64,000 bases of DNA, taken from NCBI GenBank assembly GCA_963787835.1, contig CAWBEI010000002.1:960001-1024000 (forward strand). The letters are read 5' to 3'. The notes below the pieces were generated by a model. The model ran no database searches and was not told the DNA's origin. It was given only the letters and a program-made list of their open reading frames with translations. The translations under genes and the position numbers were made by a program. Shown piece after piece: positions 9,521 through 18,208 of this stretch (positions are counted from its first letter, which is position 1; every line of letters starts with the position of its first letter). The DNA is from Ignavibacteriota bacterium. Its GTDB lineage: Bacteria; Bacteroidota; Ignavibacteria; Palsa-1295.

Positions 9521-11146
9521 ATGTCATACGAAAAATTCTTAGCTGAACTACCACCCCTCGAAGACTGGGGCGAGCGTGTTTATACGCGCCCGGAGTTCGA
9601 TTATCCAGAGGAGCTAAATGCTGCCGCTGAACTGCTCGACCGCAATATCGCCGAAGGTCGCGGCAGCAGGCCGGCGATCTTTTATAAAGATCAGTTGATT
9701 ACCTACGACGAGTTACTTGCCACCGTAAATAAAATGGGTAATGCGCTGAAGAAGCTTGGGATTCAACCCGGCGACCGGGTCCTCATGCGGTTCCCTAATA
9801 ACCCCACGGCCGTCGCAGCGTGGCTGGCGTGCCTGAAGATCGGCGGGGTAGCAGTGATGATCATGACCATGCTGCGAAGCCGAGAGATAAGTTACCGCGC
9901 GAATGACGCTGGATGCAAGCTGGTACTTTGCGACATCGGATCGATCGAGGAAGTGCAAAAAGCTGAGCCGGCGATGGATACCGTGGAGAAAATTCTCGTC
10001 ACCGACGGTACCCACGCTACTTACGATTCTTTTGAATCCTATTGGCAGAACGAATCTCCCTTGCTGGAACCCGCAAAGCTTTCCCGGCACGATCTCTCTC
10101 TTATCGGCTACACATCCGGCTCGACCGGCGATGCAAAAGGAACGGTGCATTTCCAGGATGATGTCCTCGCTATCGCCGATGGCTATGCGAGAAACATCCT
10201 TTCGCCAACAGAGAACGATATTTTTACCGGCCATCCTGCGCTTGCATTTACGTTTGGTCTGGGAGGCTTGCTCGTATTCCCGTTTCGGTTTGGCGCAAGC
10301 GTAGCGTTGCTCGACCAGTTCACGCCGGAGAATATGCTGAAAACCATCGCTAATTACAAAGCGACGATCTCCTTCTGTGCACCAACCTGCTACAACATGA
10401 TGATGCGGCTGGACGAAAATGGCCAATACGATCTTTCCAACTTGCGGCTTGGCGTGAGCGCCGGCGAAACACTTCCAAAACCGATCTATGAGAAGTGGCG
10501 TGCGAAATATGGTGTGGATCTATTAGATGGCATTGGCTCGACAGAGATGCTGCACATCTTTGTAACAAACCGCCCCGGCGATGTTCGCGGCGGTGCAACC
10601 GGAAAACCGGTTCCCGGCTATGAAGCAAAGATCGTGGATGAACACGGGCAATCGTTGCCAGCAAATACTCCCGGACTCATCGCCATCAAGGGGCCGACGG
10701 GTTGCCGCTACTGGAAAAAGCCCGAGCGCCAAAAAGGATATGTTGTCAATGGCTGGAATATTCCGGGCGACGTCTTCATGATGGACGACGATGGATATTT
10801 CTATTACCAGTGCCGCAATGATGACCTTATCATCACCGGGGGATATAATGTTTCTCCGCCAGAACTGGAATCGGTCATTAATGAACATGCTGCTGTGAAA
10901 GAATCCGCTGTGGTTCCCAAGCCGGATGAACTGCGTGGGTCCATTGTAAAAGCGTATGTTGTGCTCAAACCCGGCGAGCAGGGAAGTGCAGAATTAGCAA
11001 AAGATATTCAGGATTTTGTAAAGCGTGAACTCGCACCGTATAAATATCCGCGAGAGATCGAGTTCATCGAGGCGCTGCCGCGTACCGATACCGGTAAAGT
11101 TCAGCGATATGTGCTGCGGGATCGGGCGAAGTCGGAGACGGTCTGA
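9521..11146 (+). CDS. aromatic acid-CoA ligase (benzoate/2-aminobenzoate-CoA ligase family)
   Basis: YTSGSTGDAKG, FTFGLGG, SAGETLP, DGIGSTEMLHIF, YKYPREIEF...PRTDTGKVQR. Confidence 0.88.
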   Translation: MSYEKFLAELPPLEDWGERVYTRPEFDYPEELNAAAELLDRNIAEGRGSRPAIFYKDQLITYDELLATVNKMGNALKKLGIQPGDRVLMRFPNNPTAVAAWLACLKIGGVAVMIMTMLRSREISYRANDAGCKLVLCDIGSIEEVQKAEPAMDTVEKILVTDGTHATYDSFESYWQNESPLLEPAKLSRHDLSLIGYTSGSTGDAKGTVHFQDDVLAIADGYARNILSPTENDIFTGHPALAFTFGLGGLLVFPFRFGASVALLDQFTPENMLKTIANYKATISFCAPTCYNMMMRLDENGQYDLSNLRLGVSAGETLPKPIYEKWRAKYGVDLLDGIGSTEMLHIFVTNRPGDVRGGATGKPVPGYEAKIVDEHGQSLPANTPGLIAIKGPTGCRYWKKPERQKGYVVNGWNIPGDVFMMDDDGYFYYQCRNDDLIITGGYNVSPPELESVINEHAAVKESAVVPKPDELRGSIVKAYVVLKPGEQGSAELAKDIQDFVKRELAPYKYPREIEFIEALPRTDTGKVQRYVLRDRAKSETV

Positions 11147-11147
11147 A

Positions 11148-14100
11148 TCATTGTTGAGAGAGCAGTATCACCTTCGCAGTTAAAGCACCCTGCGGCGTCT
11201 GAATGCGAAGATACAGCACACCTTCTTGAGAACTTTTCATTTCACTATTCAGATCGAGATCGAACGTCTCTTTACCACTTGTTCCCATAGGAAAAACGAT
11301 CTCCTGCTCGCCTAGCCTCTCGCCTAATGCATTATAGATCTCGAGCACATCATCGTTAGAATAATTTGCGGGCACATCGAATGTCATTTGAACAAGCCCG
11401 GTCGTTGGATTGGGCGAAATGCCATCGAGCGTAAGTATTGAAGACCCGAGCACTTGCTCTATTGTCGTGTCCCCGCATGCCTGATTCAGAATAAAGGTTG
11501 CTGTGGTATCCGGAACTGTTTCAGACGCGAGACACTGTTCGGAACCGCTTGCATCCTGGAATTGCACACCATGCAGCGTGATGCCAGTCGAAGTGACGCT
11601 TGTAACAAACGCCTCGCATACTAACTCGAATAGTTCACCAGAGGGCAGAATAGCCTCGGAACCACGCTGGAGATGAATGTTGACCGTATCGAGATGCGAT
11701 CTATTCGTTGCTCGAGAGATTTTCAATGTTTGTCCGGCAGCGCTTCCGAAAAATCCATGCGGGCTTGCGTTCAGCGGCAACGGTGATAATAGATCGGTGT
11801 TAAAAAGCAGAGTAAGATCGAATGTGCTCAAGTTCGTAGTGCTTCCTTGTTTTGCGATCACCGGAATTGTGACAAATTGACCGGCCCCGGCGCTTAAATT
11901 CGTTACGTTGAGCGCAACCTGGATCGGCGGAACGCCAATTCCGATCCCTGCGAGCGTGATCGTTGTATCGCGAACCGTTCCGTCGGCTTCTCGAATTACG
12001 ATCGATAGCTGAGCGGTTCGCGTCAGGGAATCTTCGGGTGTGAAAACTCCGCTGAAGGATCTTTGCCCTGCGGTACCCAAAGAGATCGGCAATGAATCGG
12101 CAAGTGAAAAATCTCCGGCATTCGCTCCGCCAAGTGTTATGGAATCGATCAGGATTGAGTTGCAAAGGCCATTGGAAATGGAAAACGAAAATGGTTGTGT
12201 CTGACAGGTATATGCATGAATATTTGGCGTTACGCCAAACGTAACGGTTCCTTCGCCTGAAATAACATTGATGGAAACAGGCACCGTATCCGTTCCCGCG
12301 CTTGTGGTGAATATTAGATCGACGGATTTCCGGCCCATCGCGTTGTTGGGATGATACGCGACGATAATGGTATCCGATCCGGAGGGCGGAAGCGATGGAT
12401 TAGGCGCGCGCACCAGCGAAAAACCGGTCGGATCGCTCACGCTCGAAGAATCGAATGCGGCACTAAGCGAAACGCCCTCACAGCCAGAACTAAAAACGAT
12501 GAGCGTATCGATCGCATAGGAACAGATCGGTACGGAACCCATCGGAAGGGAATCCTTCGATACACCGAAATGTGCACTCCCGGCAATACCCGTTCCGATC
12601 ACCGTGATGGTAGTATCGTACCGTCCGGTTCCGGCATACGAGACCACGAGATGGATCGAACCTGTAATGTTGCCGATCGTATTGGGAACGAACGAAAAGT
12701 TCAGAACAGTATCTTCATTTGACCGAATAGAATCTGTTAGAAGTGTCCTGTAATAAAATGGTGGATCCGTAATTATGGAATCGACTCTGAATGCTTTGCA
12801 GGCAATGTTCTTCAAGTTGAGAGTAAAAGTAGCGGAGTCGCATTCTGACGAGCGTATCGTATCGCTCAAATCAAGAGATAAGGCCTCACCAGAAGAATAT
12901 CCCGTTCCTGATAGAATAATAGAATCCAATCCTACGGAACTTGTGACATAGAGAACGCCTCTGTGGCTCCCGATAGAATCAGGCGTAAAGTGAAGAAGGA
13001 ATGTCCGCGAATTTCCAACACTTAGTACAAAAGGCCGGAAGTTGGACGATAATGAGAATAATGGACTATGGGTAGCAATGGAATCCACCGAAATATCGCC
13101 ACACCCGAAATTATTCAAGGTCACACGCTGATAGGCGTCCGAGCAAATACTGACAGAATCGAAATCGACGGTATCGCGGCCAGAAGTTCCAGAAAAGAGC
13201 AGCACATTTTTTGGCGAGGCCGTCCCGACAAGAGGGAGCACGATGATCGTATCTTCGGTATATCCATCCGGCTGGCGAATCGTGAGCAAGATACGGGCAT
13301 TCCAGACTTCCTTCTGCACGGGCCGGTAGACGATCGTCAGCTTGCCATTTCGTGTTGAAGAGAAATACCGGTAATTATTGTCATACCCGGGCGCGCTTAG
13401 CTCATGCAACGAATCGTTGAGGAATTGCACGGCAGCGATCTGAACGGAATCACAACTGTGATATTCCAGAAGGATGGGAATGATAACACTATCGCAAAGC
13501 GTGCTTTGTATGGTATCCCCGGCTGGAACTAGGGTGACAGCAGAAAGCACGGATGCCGAGAGCGTTCCATCCCCTCCATCCGTTGTGCGCCACACTCCGC
13601 CGGTATCGTCGAAGGCGATGACCACAGCGCCGCGTCCCGTGACGGCGAAGCGCTTGTCATTGATGTTATTCGGTCCACCAATAAATTTCCAGCTTATTCC
13701 GGCGTCCATAGTACGAATGATCCCATCGGGCGCAACACTCGCCGGTTCCCGGCCCTGCACATAAATAACCGATTGGCAGATATGGGAGCCTGCGATACCT
13801 CCGGTTATCCCCGAATCCCCATAATTCTTTATTTTGGATTCTGCCCAGGAACCAACCGGAACCCTAACGATCGTTGTTTGAGTCGTAAGAGTAAGCTGAT
13901 CGCTCTCACTTGCAAGAAAGAACGTCCTCGAAATGGGATCTGCGTAAGGGGTCCAGGCTTCGGATGAGGTTGTGATAGACTGCCAGGTTCTGCCGCCATT
14001 CGTCGTGTAAAGATGTGGGGAACTTGCGGCTTGCGAGGTCACAAAACCGGTAGAATCGTCCATGAAATCGATGCCAAGCGCGGTGACGGTCGAAGCAACG

Positions 14101-14594
14101 TGCGTCCAGGTTTTGCCGGTATCGCTCGAAAACATTACACCGGGATCAATATCTCGATCCGTATAGAATACCCCCCGGCTCGTCTCGCGGATTCCAGCAG
14201 GAAATCCGGCCTGCTTCACACGCACCCAGGATTGCCCTCCATCGGTGGAACGATAAACGCCACTCCAACCCGTTTCGGAAGCTTCTCGAATCGTTGCCCA
14301 GCCATGCTCGCGGTCCCGAAAATAAATATCGGTGACTTGCCCTTTAATATTCGGGTTTGCAAATTGGGCTATTTCCCACGTAGTGCCGCCATCATTCGTG
14401 TAATAGATGCGCGCCGGAATGCTGCTCAAATAATGTCCCGTTCCGATCAAGCCCTCATTTGCATTAAAGAAAAATGCGGATGCACCGTAGGTGCCTTCGA
14501 GTTGCAGCACTTTCTGCCAATCCTGCGCATGCGCTGCCGAACGCCCCCAAAGAACGTTACCAAACAGAATGATAGTGCATATCAGCCGTTTCAT
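11148..14594 (-). CDS. large secreted protein: BNR/Asp-box beta-propeller, tandem Ig-like (ASH-type) domains, cohesin-like domain, T9SS C-terminal domain
   Basis: Signal peptide from ATG 14594 (ATGA overlap with upstream stop); repeated TxDGGxTW boxes; ISPNPTTG...IYNALGE...GVLYLRI...KVILL. Confidence 0.82.
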   Translation of the reverse strand: MKRLICTIILFGNVLWGRSAAHAQDWQKVLQLEGTYGASAFFFNANEGLIGTGHYLSSIPARIYYTNDGGTTWEIAQFANPNIKGQVTDIYFRDREHGWATIREASETGWSGVYRSTDGGQSWVRVKQAGFPAGIRETSRGVFYTDRDIDPGVMFSSDTGKTWTHVASTVTALGIDFMDDSTGFVTSQAASSPHLYTTNGGRTWQSITTSSEAWTPYADPISRTFFLASESDQLTLTTQTTIVRVPVGSWAESKIKNYGDSGITGGIAGSHICQSVIYVQGREPASVAPDGIIRTMDAGISWKFIGGPNNINDKRFAVTGRGAVVIAFDDTGGVWRTTDGGDGTLSASVLSAVTLVPAGDTIQSTLCDSVIIPILLEYHSCDSVQIAAVQFLNDSLHELSAPGYDNNYRYFSSTRNGKLTIVYRPVQKEVWNARILLTIRQPDGYTEDTIIVLPLVGTASPKNVLLFSGTSGRDTVDFDSVSICSDAYQRVTLNNFGCGDISVDSIATHSPLFSLSSNFRPFVLSVGNSRTFLLHFTPDSIGSHRGVLYVTSSVGLDSIILSGTGYSSGEALSLDLSDTIRSSECDSATFTLNLKNIACKAFRVDSIITDPPFYYRTLLTDSIRSNEDTVLNFSFVPNTIGNITGSIHLVVSYAGTGRYDTTITVIGTGIAGSAHFGVSKDSLPMGSVPICSYAIDTLIVFSSGCEGVSLSAAFDSSSVSDPTGFSLVRAPNPSLPPSGSDTIIVAYHPNNAMGRKSVDLIFTTSAGTDTVPVSINVISGEGTVTFGVTPNIHAYTCQTQPFSFSISNGLCNSILIDSITLGGANAGDFSLADSLPISLGTAGQRSFSGVFTPEDSLTRTAQLSIVIREADGTVRDTTITLAGIGIGVPPIQVALNVTNLSAGAGQFVTIPVIAKQGSTTNLSTFDLTLLFNTDLLSPLPLNASPHGFFGSAAGQTLKISRATNRSHLDTVNIHLQRGSEAILPSGELFELVCEAFVTSVTSTGITLHGVQFQDASGSEQCLASETVPDTTATFILNQACGDTTIEQVLGSSILTLDGISPNPTTGLVQMTFDVPANYSNDDVLEIYNALGERLGEQEIVFPMGTSGKETFDLDLNSEMKSSQEGVLYLRIQTPQGALTAKVILLSQQ

Positions 14595-16462
14595 TTCCTT
14601 GAGATCAGGATACGAACGCTGGATGGTTGCGTAGCACCCTCGGGGCTGCACCTCAACATATAAATTCCTTCCGGTAATGGAGATAGCGAGATCGAATGGC
14701 CCTGAATGATCCCGCTTTGAACGTTCCTCCCGAGAACATCTGTCATAGCATACGGCGCGCCATCATCAACACCGAGAACATTAATATAAGATGTCGCCGG
14801 ATCAGGGAAAACGCTAATCTTGTCTGGCTGCTGATCCGAAACAGCAGCTACGCTCTCGCCGCTTCCTTCTAATTCGATGAACGTATGCCCTGCGCTCGAA
14901 CCAAGTTCCAATGCCTCAAGAGCGGGACCGGCTGTGACAGGAGAAAAAGTTACTCCGATGTTCGTAGTGGCTCCGCGTTTTACGTACAATGGAAAAGGGA
15001 GCTGCGACAACGAAAAGACCGATGGATTACTCGAAACAACGGAGTCAATGATAAGCGTCGCGCAGCCGGGATTTGTGATCGCAAGTGTGCGGCGCTCGGA
15101 AGTAAATAGTGGGATCTCGCCAAAGGAAAGACTATCGGGAACTTCCAGCAAAGCGGGCATGGTAGCAGAGAATGCCGTGACGGGAAAATCGATATGTTCT
15201 TCAAATCCCCATTCTAAGCTATGAAATAACAGCCGGAGAACAATGGAGTCCTCTCCAGGACTTTTTCCAGAATATGTAAGTGAAAATGTAGTGCCATTCC
15301 CAAACAAAACGACTGGGCGAACGCTGTTCGAAATATTGCCGGAGGAATGTACAACCGTGATAGCATCGATCTGAACTCCCGTGCAGACCGAGGATGCGAC
15401 AGAAACCTTAAAGGGTACGGAACTCACCGCGCAAAGCGTATCCGATATCGTATCGACAGATATCGCAAGCGCCGAATAGACCGAGTCAGAAATAAGGCCA
15501 TCGACACCATCATAGCTGCTGACAATGTCAAATTCTTTGGTTGGGTCCAGCAATCCCCAAAAGACGGTCGAGCCCCGGTCGAAGACCCACCCTTTTGTGG
15601 CAGGTCCCTCCCATATAATAAACGGGGTTGGCCCAACGCCTTCAAAGGTGTTACCTCCATCCTGACTTCGGAGAATATCTGTGTTCGTTCCATAGATCAC
15701 GCTGTTCGCGAAGTAGAACGTTCCCGAGCAATCGTTCGCGCCATAGACCTGACCGGTGAAACTATAGATCCCGAACTCCGGCGGTGGAACAACCGCGCTC
15801 CACGTCACACCGCTATCGCCGCTAACACGAAGGGTGTCGCCACCGATAAAGACCAGGCCGTGTGCCCTGTCTGCAAAGACGCTCGCAGCGTTTCCCACTC
15901 CGCTCAGGACGAGGTTCCAGTCCGCGCCACCATCTGTTGAAAGATAGACACTGGATTGCTGAGGATCGTCATTAAAAATGGAAACGGCAATAAGCCGCGA
16001 TTCGGAGAGATAGTCGATCGCCGTTACCGAATCCCATTGGCGAATCCCTTGAACGGCCGTGAGCATCGTGTCCCCAACGGTGGTATAAAGATAGCCGTTG
16101 GAATACACAAAAAGCGTGCTGGGTGTTGCCCGCACAAGCGTGAGGGAAGGCTGCCCGAGAATCGTTTTCCAGGCGTACCATTGTTCGGTTCCCAGATACA
16201 GGCTATCGCCATCCGTAGCCCACGCTCGGTTGGAATCCTGAATGGCGATCTGCGTAACATGCCTACGGAAAACAACGGAAAACGAATTATCGACAACCCG
16301 CTCGACCGGCCCGGCGGAATCGCTGTACGCTACTAATCCAACATGCGCATTCAGGAAATCTGCGGCGCTATAAGAACCAAAATTTTGCCACGACGCGCGC
16401 GCGCTTGAACCCGCAACCAGCAAGGGAATAAGCAGACAAAAGATGAATATGCGGGGATGCAT
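14591..16462 (-). CDS. secreted beta-propeller/Ig-like protein with T9SS C-terminal domain
   Basis: Signal peptide; STDGGADW and SGDSGVTW Asp-boxes; VFPDPATSY...DVLGR...GIYMLR. Confidence 0.8.
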   Translation of the reverse strand: MHPRIFIFCLLIPLLVAGSSARASWQNFGSYSAADFLNAHVGLVAYSDSAGPVERVVDNSFSVVFRRHVTQIAIQDSNRAWATDGDSLYLGTEQWYAWKTILGQPSLTLVRATPSTLFVYSNGYLYTTVGDTMLTAVQGIRQWDSVTAIDYLSESRLIAVSIFNDDPQQSSVYLSTDGGADWNLVLSGVGNAASVFADRAHGLVFIGGDTLRVSGDSGVTWSAVVPPPEFGIYSFTGQVYGANDCSGTFYFANSVIYGTNTDILRSQDGGNTFEGVGPTPFIIWEGPATKGWVFDRGSTVFWGLLDPTKEFDIVSSYDGVDGLISDSVYSALAISVDTISDTLCAVSSVPFKVSVASSVCTGVQIDAITVVHSSGNISNSVRPVVLFGNGTTFSLTYSGKSPGEDSIVLRLLFHSLEWGFEEHIDFPVTAFSATMPALLEVPDSLSFGEIPLFTSERRTLAITNPGCATLIIDSVVSSNPSVFSLSQLPFPLYVKRGATTNIGVTFSPVTAGPALEALELGSSAGHTFIELEGSGESVAAVSDQQPDKISVFPDPATSYINVLGVDDGAPYAMTDVLGRNVQSGIIQGHSISLSPLPEGIYMLRCSPEGATQPSSVRILISRK

Positions 16463-16471
16463 GGCAAAATG

Positions 16472-16501
16472 GTAACGCACGGTTAGTCAAAGACAGTTCG
16501 G
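16472..16501 (-). promoter_or_regulatory. putative ECF-sigma promoter CCGAACTGTCT-N13-CGTTAC
   Basis: GAAC...CGT ECF-type motif 9 nt upstream of ATG 16462; same motif and spacing at 17748-17777. Confidence 0.6.
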
Positions 16502-16514
16502 AGGGGAAATCAGC

Positions 16515-16591
16515 GTAGCCGTGACCTTTAGGTCACGGTGTGATTGCCGAGATAGATCGCTCCGACACCGTGACCTAAAGGTCACGGCTAC
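16515..16591. repeat. GTAG-type REP doublet (REPIN), 77 bp
   Basis: GTAGCCGTGACCTTTAGGTCACGG...CCGTGACCTAAAGGTCACGGCTAC; near-identical copy at 17783-17859. Confidence 0.88.
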
Positions 16592-16641
16592 GGGGTTTCA
16601 ATGTACCATAACTGGCTTTTGCGCGCAACGCAGAATTTGTT

Positions 16642-17739
16642 CTACCGCTGGCCTACAACAATCCAACTTGTGCTGCCTTTTATTCCTACAGCGCAAACAG
16701 TATTCCCTTTCATCGAAAAAGCATTTGTTACATAATCGAGGGCTCCACCATTGTAAAGAGTATCGTATCTATGCCAGGACAGACCATTCCAGTGAGAAAT
16801 AAAGCCGCCATCTCCGGCGACCATGAAATCGTTAGCAGAATTTCCGTTGATACCGAATATTCCAATATACTCACCACCACCAACACTGTTGGTGACTTGT
16901 CCACTATCGCTTTCCCAAGCACCGTTATCTTTAGAATGCCAGACATGAGAACCACCGATATACACAATCTTATGGCTCGCGCTATCGATTTCCCACACAC
17001 TCCCTACACCATCAACACCCGGGCCAATATTACCTATGTTCTGAAGGTTAATCTCAGACCATGCGTTTCCATTGTAGTGGAGCAATTCCGACACTGCTGT
17101 TTGTGGGTTAAAACCATCCGCCCAAATGTCATTATCACTCGTTCCCCAAATAGAGCCAAGAGAATTAGTGGTTGGCGTTGACATCCTCGTCCAGTTTGTT
17201 CCATCGAAATGGAGGATAGTGCCGGAGTCGCCTACAAAATACATGTCAGAGGAGGAGGTTCCCCAAGCAGAATGAAGCCATTTCGGATACCCAGAAACAA
17301 TATTTTCCTCTCTGTAGGTTGGTGCAATCCCGTTGCCAGTGTAATGAAAGATAATACTCGCATCAGTGAGCCAGTAGTCACTTGTATCGAACCCAAAAAT
17401 CGAAAAACCGCTAAGACTACCATTAATGTTTTTTTCGATTGTTGGGTCTGGCGAATATAGGTTAAGTCTCTGCCATGTCGAGCCATTCCATTCATACATG
17501 TAGCTATTGTTAGCAAGGATACAATTCGGTCCAAAGACCCAGCAGCCCGTCATGTTGTTTTCATTCCCGACATTGAGATATTGCGTCCAAATGAAGTTGT
17601 GGCTGGTTGTGTCAATTGAGGTATTATTACATGTATCGCATTCGGTGGGATCAGCCGAGCTTGGGTGCTTGCAGGAATAAAAAACTCCCACAACCAAACA
17701 TAAAGGAACCAGGGCCGCGTGCGTTATTAACCAGCGCAT
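16642..17739 (-). CDS. lipoprotein, Trp-rich beta-propeller-like repeats (DTTSHNFxW family)
   Basis: ATG 17739; lipobox FYSC; repeats WGTSSSDMYFVG, HFDGTNW, HYNGNAW, HWNGLSW; visibly more AT-rich than neighbours. Confidence 0.78.
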   Translation of the reverse strand: MRWLITHAALVPLCLVVGVFYSCKHPSSADPTECDTCNNTSIDTTSHNFIWTQYLNVGNENNMTGCWVFGPNCILANNSYMYEWNGSTWQRLNLYSPDPTIEKNINGSLSGFSIFGFDTSDYWLTDASIIFHYTGNGIAPTYREENIVSGYPKWLHSAWGTSSSDMYFVGDSGTILHFDGTNWTRMSTPTTNSLGSIWGTSDNDIWADGFNPQTAVSELLHYNGNAWSEINLQNIGNIGPGVDGVGSVWEIDSASHKIVYIGGSHVWHSKDNGAWESDSGQVTNSVGGGEYIGIFGINGNSANDFMVAGDGGFISHWNGLSWHRYDTLYNGGALDYVTNAFSMKGNTVCAVGIKGSTSWIVVGQR

Positions 17740-17747
17740 GATGTTTT

Positions 17748-17777
17748 GTAACGTGTGGGATGCAGGAGACAGTTCGG
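17748..17777 (-). promoter_or_regulatory. putative ECF-sigma promoter CCGAACTGTCT-N13-CGTTAC
   Basis: 8 nt upstream of ATG 17739; duplicate of 16472-16501. Confidence 0.6.
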
Positions 17778-17782
17778 GCAGT

Positions 17783-17859
17783 GTAGCCGTGACCTTCAGG
17801 TCACGGTGTGATTGCCGAGATAGATCGCTTCGACACCGTGACCTGAAGGTCACGGCTAC
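17783..17859. repeat. GTAG-type REP doublet (REPIN), 77 bp
   Basis: GTAGCCGTGACCTTCAGGTCACGG...CCGTGACCTGAAGGTCACGGCTAC; 3 differences from 16515-16591. Confidence 0.88.
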
Positions 17860-17935
17860 AAACTCCCATGCATATTGGGTCTTTTGGCATAGGCACCAAC
17901 TTCCAAAAGAATTTTCCATTATTTTCAGAAATCGC

Positions 17936-17966
17936 TTGACTTATGGAAATTCCATGCGTATATTTG
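17936..17966 (+). promoter_or_regulatory. sigma70 promoter TTGACT-N17-TATATT with palindromic spacer ATGGAA-A-TTCCAT
   Basis: Near-consensus -35/-10; also matches TAnnTTTG; no convincing same-strand CDS downstream. Confidence 0.65.
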
Positions 17967-17969
17967 AGA

Positions 17970-18152
17970 GTGTGATTATAGGCACCAATGTCTGTAGGAA
18001 CAGCAATTATCGTTCATTGACAATTCGGCGGTAGATTTCACCATGAACGAGTTCTCCGTGAAAAGAATTTGTTGCAACGAATGGCGAAATCAGCCTGGAA
18101 ACGATAGTATGTCGGGAACTCGCGAAAAAGAAAAATGGCACCTATTTCTGGG
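17970..18152 (+). ncRNA. candidate structured ncRNA, copy A
   Basis: Homologous to 37044-37275 (-) and partly to 51040-51170 (+); stems CGTTCAT/ATGAACG and GAGTTCTC/GGGAACTC; reading frame not conserved between copies. Confidence 0.5.
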
Positions 18153-18183
18153 AGAATGAAATGGCTGCCAATTCCGGTAATGC

Positions 18184-18208
18184 CCGTGACCTGAAGGTCA
18201 CGGCTACA
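18184..18208 (-). repeat. single GTAG REP; supplies the TAG stop of the flavin oxidoreductase
   Basis: CCGTGACCTGAAGGTCACGGCTAC, identical to the right arm of the REPIN at 17783-17859. Confidence 0.85.

Noticed and set aside
18043-18159. 38-aa ORF MNEFSVKRICC... in ncRNA copy A
   Set aside because: The frame is broken after 10 codons in copy B, so conservation is at nucleotide level. A type I toxin is unlikely because the peptide is not hydrophobic.
16515-18208. CRISPR array or integron attC sites
   Set aside because: The repeats are GTAG-REP palindromes with no regular spacers, no RYYYAAC/GTTRRRY ends, and no cas or integrase gene nearby.
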